A stretch of 64,000 nucleotides of DNA from Takakia lepidozioides (taxonomy: Eukaryota > Plantae > Bryophyta). Positions 45,755-57,387 of this stretch are shown piece by piece. The notes below the pieces were generated by a model that did not search any database, was not told the origin of the DNA, and saw only the letters and a list, made by a program, of their open reading frames with translations. The position numbers and the translations under genes were made by a program. The stretch's first letter is position 1. The number at the start of each line of letters is the position of its first letter. The stretch lies in the NCBI GenBank assembly GCA_030704615.1, contig CM060733.1, positions 20,894,001-20,958,000 of the forward strand. Reading direction: 5' to 3'.

Positions 45755-46350
45755 AAAATGGCCAGCCCCATACCGGGTGCTCCCATTTCACCACAAAAAA
45801 ATATTTTATAATTCTTTCAAGTAGAGAGTGTTCATGATCAAGCTAGCTACCCATACCAACTGCCCTCATTCAATTCCGACTTTGTGACAAAGATTGGCAC
45901 CTATTTTTCCAATGAACACACAAGTGGTTAGCATAGAGGTTGTTAAAAATGGCCAGCCCCATACCAGGTGCTCCCATTTCACCACAAAAAATTATTTTGT
46001 AATTTTTTTTAAGTAGAGAGTGTTTATTATCTAGCTAGCTACCCATACCAACTGCCCTCATTCAATTCCGATGTGGTGAGTGGAAATGGCGCCCACCCTT
46101 GCAATTGACAAAATACATAGGCCCATACCAAGTGCTCCCATTTTAGCACACAAAATGTTTTTTTACTTATTTCAATTAGAGAGTGTTCATTATCAAGGTG
46201 GCTACCCATACCAACTTGTCTCATAGGATTCCGACATCCTGAGGGAAAATGGCGGTCACCTTTGCAATGAACATGGAAGTGGCCAACAGAGTGCTTTAAC
46301 AAAATGCACAGCCCCACCCCATACTAGGTGCTCCCATTTTGGCACACAAA
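45755..46350. repeat. Tandem repeat, ~170-190 bp unit, ~3.3 copies
   Basis: 'gccccatacc.ggtgctcccattt...agagagtgttcat...gctacccataccaact' recurs at ~45760, 45950, 46120 and 46310 (the last is partial). Confidence 0.85.
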
Positions 46351-46780
46351 TCTTGAGCACTTCCTCTTAATTGCAACCTCACACTTGTATGTAACAAGCA
46401 CCTCCAAAAATTGATCCAAGCTTCTCCTCTTTTTTATTATAGTGAAAACCTTTTCTAGCCATATGACCCTAAACTGCAACCACAGTAAGAAGTCGGTGGC
46501 GCAGTAATAATTATTTATTTTACCAGGGTTTTAGGTGAAAACATGGCCATTAGTTACCGCAGGTGCTTCCGTGGGGGCGCATCCTTCCCAAGCGGCTCGC
46601 CTGCCCCCGCGAGGCCCCACGTCCTTGGCTGCCCCCGTTTCTGCCCCCTAGGCGGCCGCGCGCAGCCTGGGCTGCTCTTTTGGGGCCCGATCTTCTGTCT
46701 CGTTCGCTCGCTTGTGAATTGACCTAACCTGTCCCTCCAACAGCACCGGCTCGCCGAGTATACTGTAGATACACTTGGTA

Positions 46781-47155
46781 ATGGCAGCCCTCAGCATCAG
46801 GAGAGGTAACGCTCGTCTTCCGCCGGAGGTGAATAGAGTGCTGTATGTCAGAAACCTTCCCTTCCACATCTCTTCGGAGGAAATGTATGACATTTTTGGT
46901 AAATATGGTGCGATTCGTCAGATTCGAATTGGTACCAACAAGGACACTAGGGGGACCGCGTTTGTTGTGTATGAAGACATCTACGATGCCAAGAATGCGG
47001 TCGACCATCTCTCAGGTTTTAATGTTGCCAATCGTTATCTTATTGTGTTGTACTACCAGCAGGCCAAGATGTCTAAAAAGATCGACCAGCGGAAGAAGGA
47101 GGAGGAGATCACAAAGTTGCAAGAGAAGTATGGCGTTTCCACCAAGGAGAAGTAG
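46781..47155 (+). CDS. SF3B6: Splicing factor 3B subunit 6 (p14, branch-site RRM protein)
   Basis: '[28 protein letters not shown]...[36 protein letters not shown]', 124 aa, intronless. Confidence 0.97.
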   Translation: MAALSIRRGNARLPPEVNRVLYVRNLPFHISSEEMYDIFGKYGAIRQIRIGTNKDTRGTAFVVYEDIYDAKNAVDHLSGFNVANRYLIVLYYQQAKMSKKIDQRKKEEEITKLQEKYGVSTKEK

Positions 47156-47844
47156 GCCTCTGAAAAGTGACAAAAGCTGCTCAAGATTTTGCATAACGGG
47201 GTCCCTAGGGATGAGTAGATTTTACTTAAAAGCAAGACTATTAGAGTCTTGCAGGTGGCGAGTGGGGCCCCGTTGGTACAACTTGGTAGTCTGCTATTCT
47301 GGAAGAAGGTAGTTCTGTGTCTTTACGCAGAGCATGTAGAGCAGTCCTTGATCAGAAGGGACAGTCAAGGTCTTGGTAGCGTCATCGAAAAGGTCCATGC
47401 GCCCCTTCACAGCTCGGAGCTCCTGCATATGAATGACGGCCAGTCTCTGCCTAAGATTTACGCTCTCTTTTTGCTATTCAGACGCAACTACGGTTTCCGG
47501 GGTGATGAAGATAGAAAAGACACGAGAGTAGAGGGAGGTGGACATTAGACTATGAGGAAGGAGTGACAGAACTTGTCGAGCAGAGAGAAGAATAGTGGTA
47601 TGAACATGGTCACTTCATTTCAGAAATTTCAACTGTAGCTGGAGTTCTCGAGCTTCCCGACATCCTGCAGTTTCATTGATTGGAGTGGAATGGCTTGCTT
47701 GCCTCTTGGTTACTTTTTTATCGGCATATGAAAGATGTGAGAGTCGAGGGAAGATTTGGAAACAGAGATAAAACCGGGGAATGTACAGATATGAGTCGAG
47801 AGAATGCAAGGGCAGGTAATGGTCATGTGAGGAGAATTGAAGGC

Positions 47845-48380
47845 TTCAGACTGGTATAATCTGCTGATGAGCTATTAGGTCAGTAGATGCTGAAGAAGGT
47901 CTTGAGTCAGGACTAGAGAAAGAGAGTAATGAGAGTAATAAGAGGGCAGAGACATGCACAGCACATATTTAGCATTGAGAATGGCAGCACAGATGGTTTC
48001 TTGGACATGCAAGGGCAGTAATGGTCCTGTGATGAAGGCTTTCCTCTCGTATAATCTGGTGATGAGCTATTAGGTCAGTAGATGCCGAAGAAGGTTTTGA
48101 GTCAGGAATAGAGAAAGAGAATAAGGAGAGGGCAGACGCATGCACGGCACCCATTTACCATTGAGAATGGCATCACAGTTGATTTCTCGGAGATGCATGG
48201 GTGGGTAATAGTCCTGTGATGAGAATTCACTGCTTCAGTCTGGTATAATATGCTGATGGTGAGTAGGCTGAAGAAGGCCTTACGTCAGGAATAGAGAAAG
48301 AGTAATGAGAGGGCAGATGCATGAAGGTCACATATATAGCATTGAGAATGGCAGCACATATGGCTTCTCGGATATATGGG
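47845..48380. repeat. Tandem repeat, ~195 bp unit, ~3 copies
   Basis: 'tataat.tg.tgatg...gaagaagg...gtcagga.tagagaaagag...gggcaga...cattgagaatggca.caca' occurs three times. Confidence 0.85.
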
Positions 48381-49429
48381 CAACGGAACTTTTGTGCAAG
48401 TCCATGCACATATGACCTTTATGACACACTCTTGCTTGTGGTGGTTCTAAGGTTGGGTGGTGAGCTTCTATAAACAAAGCATTGTTTCAGGTCCCAGGCT
48501 TGTTTTTCTACATGGTATCATGAGAGGTAGTGTTTAGGCTGCCACAAGCAAGTCAAATATGTGCACTGGAGTCTGTGCATCCAGCGGGTTCTAGAAAGTG
48601 AATGCTTACCATTTTTGTGGGATGACCTGATGTAGGATGAAGGGTATCAGATCCTTGAAGACACAATCCCTGTGACTCGGCAATAGATGGAAGTTATCTA
48701 TGTCCATTCTAGAAATGGAATACCCTTACGGACAAGGTGCATACAATGCTTTAGTGCCATTTGTGAGTGTGGCATCAGATGACCTCCCACTAAACACTGT
48801 ATGTAATTAATGCTGTAGTCTGACAATGCTGTGCCTGGGGAAGTTGATACACAATTTCCACGCCAGCCATAGAACTATTGCTCGCCACCCTCCTCTCCTT
48901 CTCCTTGTTTGTCTCCTGGCCATGGCTGCTTCACCTTGCAGACACTCTATCATCCATTGTTTGGAGCCCACTAATCTATCACTAATACCCACCTGTCTAC
49001 TCATCAAGGCCCCCCTTTCCTTCGCATCTGTTTGTCCTTCCCCTGCTTTTCCACCCGTCCCTCCACTTCGTCATGCCATCCTCTTACTGGCTGGATTTTT
49101 TTTAAATGAAACGTGGGCTACTATATGGGATTCAGTGCAAGAGAGAACAACCACTTTCTCTGGAACCTTCCCTGTGTACCACAGACTTCACCAATGAAGG
49201 TCTCCAAGCTACTAGACGAGATTCATAGCAAATGCTGAAGTGCTAACAATAAAAGGTGTAACTCCTGTACTAAATTATGGGGTCACTTCACCCCAAAGGT
49301 GAACCTCCAAGTCCCTAGGTATCTACACATCATTGACCCACTGACCCGGATTTCACCTGTGGAGTCAGACTCAGTTGTTTGTTCGGCAACAGAGTGGAGG
49401 GAATGGCATTGGCCTTGGAATATCCCCCA

Positions 49430-51882
49430 TGATGATTGTTTCAAATCACGGGCAAAGAGAAAATGGAAGGTGGGAGGGAGTAAATGAGGACCTGTGGAGT
49501 GTTATGCCTACACAGTGTACTGAGGGACGATTGAAGGATGCAGTGCATATTTGGGTTCTCATGGATCAAGGAGGCATCCAGGCACACTTGGACATCTATA
49601 TTCATCTTTTGCAAGGGTGTACCAAGTTGAAGTCCCTGGCACAAGGCAAGCAAGTTCATTCCCACATCATCAAAAATGGATTTGAGCCAGCATTCTTACT
49701 AGGGAACGCCCTTATCAACATGTATACCGAGTGTGGGAGTATGGTGGACGCACTCCAAGTGTTCGACAGAATGGTGAAACGAGATGTGGTCTCATGGACT
49801 GCAATGATTGCAGGATTCGCTCAGCAAGGGCTCAGTGAAGAGACCTTTCATTTTTTTCTGCAAATGGAACAGGAAGGTGTGAAGCCAAACAGAGTCACCT
49901 TCCTCAGCATCCTTAATGCATGTGCTAGCCCAGCAGCTCTGGACCATGGCAAGTGGGTCCATGCCTGGATCATCAAAGCTGGATTTGAGTCAGATGTCCG
50001 TGTGGGCAATGCCCTTGTCAGCATGTATTGCAAGTGCGGCAGTTTGGCAGATGCACGACAAATGTTTAAGAAAATGCCTATTCAAGATGTTGTCTCATGG
50101 ACAGCAATAATTGCAGGATCTGCCCAACTTGGTCGTGATGAGGAAGCTTTCCAACTCTTCCAGCAAATGCAAGAAAAAGAGGTGAAGCCAAACCGGGTCA
50201 CCTTCATGAGCATCCTGAATGCATGTGCTAGCCCAGAAGCTATTGCACAGGGGAAGCAGGTCCATACCAGCATCATCCAAGCTGGATTTGCATCATATAA
50301 TTGTGTAGGCAATGCCCTTGTCAGCATGTATGTTAAGTGTGGAAAGGTGGAGGATGCACAGCAAGTGTTTGACAAAATGCAAACTAGAGATGTAATCTCA
50401 TGGACCACAATGATTGCAGGATTTGCTGAGCATGGTCGCGGTGAGGAGGCTTGGGATCTCTTTCAACAAATGCAACAAGTAAGCGTGAAGCCAAACAGTG
50501 TCACTTTCATGAGCATCCTCAATGCATGTGCCAGCCCAGAAACTCTACAACAGGGCAAGGGGGTCCATATTCACATCATCAAAGCTGGATATGAATCAGA
50601 TGTCCGTGTCGCCAATGCTCTGGTCAGCATGTATGTTAGGTGTGGGAGTATTATGGATGCTTACCAAGTGTTCAACAAAATGGTGAAATGAGATGTGTTC
50701 TCTTGGACTGCAATAATCACAGGCTATACTCAGCTAGGTCAAAGTGAAGAGGTATTTGGACTCTTTCAGAAGATGCAAGGAGAAGGCATGAAGCCTGACA
50801 AGGTCACTTTTATTAGCATCCTCAATGCATGCGCCTGTCCCACAGCTCTGGAACAGGGCAAGTGGGTGCATGCCCAGGCCATGAAAGTTATTTGAGGCAG
50901 ATACCTGTGTGGGGACTGCCCTTGTCAAGATGTATTGCAAGTGTGGAAGTGTGGTGGATGCACGCCAAGTGTTCGACAAGATGCACAGGCGTGTACTCTC
51001 ATGGACTGCAGGATATGCTCAACATGGGTTTGGGAAGGAAGCCCTTCAAGTCTTTGCAATGCAAGTTGAAGGAGTGAAGCCAAACAAGGTCACCTTTGTT
51101 GCTGTATTGTCTGCATGCAGCCTTGCGGGTCTAGTGGATAAGGCCATCACTTCTTTCATTCTATGACTCAAGATCACGGTGTCACACCAACAGTAGAGCA
51201 CTATGGCTGCATGGTTGACCTTCTTGGTCGTGCAGGGCACTTGGTTGAGGCAGAGGATTTAATCAGCAAATTGCCATTCAAACCAGGTGTTTCAATGTGG
51301 GGAGCCTTGCTTGGTGCCTGCAGAATACATGGAAATGTGGAGCTAGCTAAACGAGCTGCAGAACGTGCTCTCCAGTTGGAACCAGAAAATGCCGGAGTGT
51401 ATGCACTGCTATCAAACATCTATGCCACGGCTGGCAGATGGGACGATCGAGCAGAAGTGCGAAAACAAATGGAAGACAAAAGTCTGAAAAAGGAGGCAGG
51501 CCACAGCTGCGTCGACGTCGAGAACATTGCACATTCATTTGTTTCAGGAGATAGATCACACCCTCAAACAGAAGAGATTTATGGGGAGTTGGAGGGTTTG
51601 ACTAGGCAGATGAAGGAGGCAGGATATGTGCCAGACACACGATTTCTGTTGCATGACGTGGGTGATTGGCAGAAGGAACTGACTCTCTCATCATAGCGAA
51701 AAGCTTGCCATTGCTTTAGGGCTGATCACCACACCCCCTGGGAAGAACCTTCGGGTGTGTGGCGACTGCCACACCGCCAGCAAGATCATCTCCAAGATTA
51801 TTGGGCGAGAAATAATTGCGAGGACACAAAGCGATATCATTACTTTCAGAATGGTGTGTGTTCTTGTGGTGATTATTGGTGA
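49430..51882 (+). pseudogene. PLS-class PPR protein with E/E+/DYW domain (organellar RNA editing factor), disrupted
   Basis: Repeated P-L-S motifs ('DVVSWTAMIAGF', 'KPNRVTFLSILNACAS', 'VGNALVSMYCKCG'), E domain 'HYGCMVDLLGRAG', and DYW motifs HSEKLA (51692), NLRVCGDCH and 'CSCGDYW*' ending at 51882. There is an in-frame TGA at 50689, frameshifts near 50890, 51160, 51690 and 51830, and a deletion before KNLRVC. Confidence 0.9.
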
Positions 51883-53151
51883 TAGTAAATGAACAAGTGA
51901 CATCATGAGCTTTCATGTCTCAAAGAGCCATCACAACATGTATCAAAAGTATTATCTTTCCACCCCCAAAAAGGTGACTGCTACATTGGGTTGCATCTCT
52001 GTGTCTCTCCTTCCACCAGGCAAACATCTGGGCAAAGTAGTGTTAGAGTAGAGCACCGGTGGAGGTGTTTTCTAGCCTGATGTCAATTGAGCTCTTTAAT
52101 CACCTCCTCAAAGACATCATCAACTATCAACTCAAAAGTAGTGGATGTACAGTTAGAAGTCTCTTCTATGGACGTCTGGTCTATTCTACATATTGTGATG
52201 TCTTCTTATGATCTCAAGGATTTGCTTGAAGTTAAGGGTTTGCTGTTAGTTGTTCAAATTTGTATGCACCTCTTGTATTTGGAGTTCTTGTGCTGATTGT
52301 AGTAGTCCTCTATGTTAAATCGGTGCCCAAATGGGACAGAACAGCAAAAGCGTTGTGAGGTGAGTGGGAACAGATGGTAGTCAACAACTTTGAATAGGGA
52401 GTTTCGTGATATATTTACAACAACGTGTGTACGAGCTGCGAATTAGCCTTCCCAAACTATTGGACAACCTCCTGTTCTGAAGTCAAGTACTGGGTCAATT
52501 GCTCAAGGACCTGCTATTGGTTACATTACAGTGCTATAAACCACTGCACACTTGTTCCAACCTTCCTTGAGAAATTGCGCTCGGGAGCTACTCTATGAAA
52601 GACCCATGGGAGTTCCACTCATAAAAATATCACCAAACCCACAGTATCTATATACAGTCAGACTCTTTTATGCTTGGAAGTACATTCACTGTGAGCATGA
52701 CAGCTTCACAACTGGATAAGACAAGATAAGAGTGCCATGGGTACCTGAAGCAGCCAAGACCAGCAGCCATGTGAGCAGCGAAACCCATTGCAAGATGAGT
52801 CTCCACCATGGCCCCAACCATAAAACCCAAGGCCTGCTTGTTGACACATAGCTGCAACAACCTACTTGCAGAACACAAGTAAACGACAAGATAGCAACCA
52901 AACATTGTTTTGAAGAGATATATTGGGTCAAGATCTTGCAGGAAGAGTGGCTCATAGTCATTTGTGTCGGACAGCTGTCAACAGAAGGCTTCTCACCTCG
53001 TTGCTGCCCATATGGGCATCACCTGTATCCAAGTTTTCCAAGCTAATGATGTACACTTGCTACGTAGAAACTAGATGTGGTTGCGGAGGACCTCAAGACT
53101 AGATTTAAAGAATCACAGAGTGTGGGTGGATCACTACAAGGTGTGGAAGTG

Positions 53152-56100
53152 TCAGATGTCGAGGTCATCATCAGGATCCTCATCAGAATCAGGGTGCTCA
53201 TCATCAGAGTCCCGCAGATAGTGGATCTCTCCTGCGCTTGATTCCACTGTAACTGCAAATCTGTCTCCAGCTCCCAATTGCTGATAGCCTCCTTTAGCAA
53301 GTGAAGGGTCACCCAAGGCTGCTATTGCTGGATCTTTTCTACCGTCATATATGTGCAACTCTTTGCCATCGCCTGCATATTCACACAACATCCAGGTATG
53401 AAGAGTCAATTGGACAGTTGTGACAAGAGACAGGAGGGTGCCACTGACAAAGACCCTTTGCTCACCTTGGTGTTCAAATGGGAGCACAACTTTGGCACGA
53501 TCCTCTTGCTCTTTCTCTGTGAGCCGCAAGTTGAACTGTACCTGTACCACCAAATGCAACACTGATGGCTTTGAAAATTTCTCCTGCAATCTCTCCATGA
53601 ACCCGGAGGTGTAAGAAACTCCCATATTCCAGGGAGCATGAGCAGTTACTCCCACAGACTCAGGAAATAACCAGTACCTTGGGGGTGTTACCCTTTGTGG
53701 TAACAAGGGGGGCAATCTCCTTCATGAGAGTGAGAGGTGTAAATGTAACACCAGACAGCTCCATCAGAAACTCCTCAGCCTGCACATTGATGCAGTGCAA
53801 GTGTTCACATGTGATATGCACACACAAGTACATATATGCCGATAAAGAGAAGCACACCCCTGCCAGGAGAAATCAAGAACAAAGTCCAAAAACTCCTCTC
53901 CCAATTCTTGTCTAATCCCCTCCACCCTTCCTTGTTTGCTGCCTCTGACGTTCTCAAAACCAAAATCAGAAAGGACTGTATGTGCATTACCTGCTCACGA
54001 ACTCGACCATTGCGACGTTTGTGCCGTACACGCATCCTCCCTCTCTGTATAGTGTCCGGCTTGATATCTCCTTGGTGCCTAGTCTCTTGAGAGACTGAGT
54101 GGAGCGGCAAGGGGGGCTCCACATATACCACCACAGTTGCCATATACTCCAAGGCTGCAACCACTCGAGGTTCATGCAAATCCGCATGTACCAGCCACAC
54201 CAATGCTGACACTTGCTCTGTCCACCCCACAATGGTACTTCCATGGTTGTTGTTAATACACAATGTTTGAGGCCTTTGTGAATTGAGCTGTAAGGAAGCA
54301 ACTAGAGTATGAGCAACTTCCAAGGAGTGGGTTGCACTGGTTCACAAACACTCAGCTCCATGACAATCGGTGTAAGTAGCCATGTCACAAAGTACCTACT
54401 ATACACTGGAAGTGGCTCCGCCACATAGTCTACTTACAGCTTGAGCAATATTGTGTACTTATGTACCTACATACACACTGTCATCCAAGAATCGCAGAAT
54501 GAGTTCTAACGTTCTAACTCATTCCCTTTCCTACAGCCAAAGCTCTCGTATTTCACACCCTGAACCTCTTTACTTCTTTCTGACCTCTCATATTTGGTTG
54601 CTTCATCCCTCCCCAAAGGATCCTCTATCTCTGTTTGTCCTTACCATCCCAATGGGTGGAACGTGTCATGATTCAAATGACCTGGAGGATACACAAGGAT
54701 ACATGAAACACACTAAATGGTACATGAGAAGATAACTATAGAAAATTAGCAACCCCAATGAAAGGGGAGATGACATAAAGGCCACAAATGGCCAACTCAG
54801 ACCAAGCTCGCGCAACCAACTGGCACAAGATTGCCGAATGGAAGAAGTGCCAGTGGGAAATAAAAGCAGGAAGCAAGCTGCATATGGGCACCTCAGGAGC
54901 CAAGACTTCTGCAGCAGCATACCATGGGATCGAAGTGTGTTGAGGAAGTTTGCAAGGGCAGGCAACGAGTGATAGCGGAGCAGCAAACTCATCTGCATCA
55001 CCATATGAACCCTTGAATCATTGGTGTCACACCTACCAGCTCTATGCTGCAGACATATATACAAGGGCTTTCTGTCTACCATAGTTCAGCTTTTAAAGGC
55101 AAGGATTGAAAATTAGGCAACTTGATATCATCCAAAATTGTAGAAAAAATAGATGGGTATATGCCAAGGAGCATTGTCCTCCTTGAAGGACCCATTTTTA
55201 ACAAGAAGGTAATAATGGCAAGGGAGACAAGGCTCTGGAACTTACAGAATCAATGAGCACAGCAAAATGGGCTTTCCGTTGCTGGTTGACAGCAGCTGCA
55301 CGTCAGGACACCTAACACGTCCTCATTTAGTGTCCTATAAACAGCACACAAACCTCCTCCCTATTTCTTCCACTTTAAGAACTGTTTGAGTAGCACATCA
55401 TTATAAAGACTGATATTCTACCACTGCTGTGTCTATGACAAGCCTTTGTGTGGCCTTTGTTATTTCTTTGGGGGCACAAGCAATCTAACAATTACTGCAC
55501 GCGGGTTCACAACAACAAAAGCAACAAGCTGAAAAGACACAGAGAGGCAATACCTTGGCCCGACTTAAGCAGTGTGGAAAGAAAGGCACTCAAGTCATGG
55601 ATGTCATGACAAACTGCGGAATGAGGCTGGCAGCAGCCTTCGTGCCCTTCAGCTTTTGACTCCAACATCTCATTCCAACCTAGCGGATCTGTGTAACAGT
55701 CCACCACCTGAAGCCTTCCTCCCCATAGCAACAAGAGTCACACAGACATGGAAAAGGGCCACCGACAGAAGACTGCAGTGTAGGTAGAGTACAGCTATGA
55801 AAAGTCCTGGGAAGTGATAATTTTACAGCAGAAGCTCAAATTTCTCTCTTCCAGCACAAAAGAAAGAGGAGTGTGAGGTTTAGCAGATGGACAACAAACC
55901 AGCTGGTAGGACTGGAGCCACTCGTCTCTGATTCAAAAACAGCTGGGTAACTCTCAGGGGTGGAGCTTAAAGCCACAGTGACAAGGCCCCTGTAACGCCA
56001 AGCAGCCCACCAAGACATTAGTCAGCAATGGCATAAAAGGAAACTGAGGATTTAAGCCGCTCAATAACTTCAAATTTTAGTTGCACCATACCTCAAAGCT

Positions 56101-56876
56101 TGACCTGAATAGAACAGGAAGCCTCTCCAAAGGCTCTTGTGTGACCAAGGAGAACACGCGGTAGCAGCTTTCAAGGAGGTTAACTAGTGGGGATATTTGT
56201 TGCTTACATCCATTAGGACGGGTTAATTTGAATCAGGCTTTACTGCCTGACCACCACTGATCATGGATTTCTTTTTTGAAGGCCATACTAAGACTTGAAG
56301 AAGTCTCTCATTAGGCATCTGGCGAAGAAAGTTCCAGCATCACAACATTGCGTTTTCGTTGATCATGATTAAGATCTGGTTGCAGGTGTTGAAAATCTTA
56401 TCATGCATACAGTCCTAAGGGAAGGCCAGGCTATGACAAAACCCAACCCCACTTAAAACTCAAGAAAAGGATTTTCCACAGGTGCTACCTTAAACCCTGA
56501 ACCTAGACTTTTACATCCAAGGCAAACCCTGTTTTTCTCTATGAATAACACGCAGAAGCTGATAGGTAGCTCCACACAATCACGAACATGACAACAGTTA
56601 CTGCATTAATTTGCAAGCACGAGCGAGTCTCATCAAAATTAAATTCATCTATTCTGCTTTATGTACAGCCACGATCATCTAACGAAGAGCATGAATTGGG
56701 ACAACATACTTGGCTTGCGCTCGCCCTGCAACAATGTTGGCACACAGAGAAGTGAAGAAGTGCTTGAATATGGCGGGACCGGCGTGTGTCTCCAGCGAAT
56801 CTCGCACTAGTACTGCCGGTGCCTGCTCTCCCGCTACTACACCATCCCGCACAAGTCTCCCCACACCATCCGCCAT
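53152..56876 (-). CDS. ELP5: Elongator complex protein 5 (multi-exon)
   Basis: N-terminus 'MADGVGRLVRDGVVAGEQAPAVLVRDSL'; internal 'VVDCYTDPLGW', 'LVHADLHEPRVVAALEYMAT' and 'VRHKRRNGRV'; C-terminus 'VQFNLRLTEKEQEDRAKVVLPFEHQG...GEIHYLRDSDDEHPDSDEDPDDDLDI'. Confidence 0.9.
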
Positions 56877-57387
56877 TTCCGAGCCTACCCACAACCTTCT
56901 TTCTCTTGTTTGCTTCTCTTCGCCGTAGCTTTTATTTTTATCCCGTTTTTGGAAGACAAGACACACTCCCCAGATCAAACTTCACAAACGAAACACCATC
57001 TTACTCCAACCTGCAAAACCCAACAGCTGCAGACCTGCCTGCAAGCGAACCAACAGATTCTCTCTCTCTCAGAAAAACAACACTCAATCCATCTCCGCCC
57101 TCGCACAATTTTGCAGGAAGACATGTGCTAGACAGGATTTGAACCCAGACCATGTCGGTGGTCTCATTTGTTAGTAATAAAAAGGAGATCAATGTTTTAG
57201 ATGAGTTCTCTTCTCTTCATGTGAGGCGCATTCACTGTGCTCAGATTTGTTGGTTCTTTTCTTGGAGAGAATTAAGGCAGAGGGCTGTAGCGCAGTGTGG
57301 GGGGAGGGAGATGGATGGTGCCGCAGACCACTGAAGAATCGTCCTCCTGCGTTACGCTACTATTGCAGCACTGTTGGAGACGTGGTT

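Noticed and set aside
50689-50691. Stop codon repaired by U-to-C RNA editing
   Set aside because: U-to-C editing is organellar and this gene is nuclear. Additional frameshifts indicate pseudogenisation.
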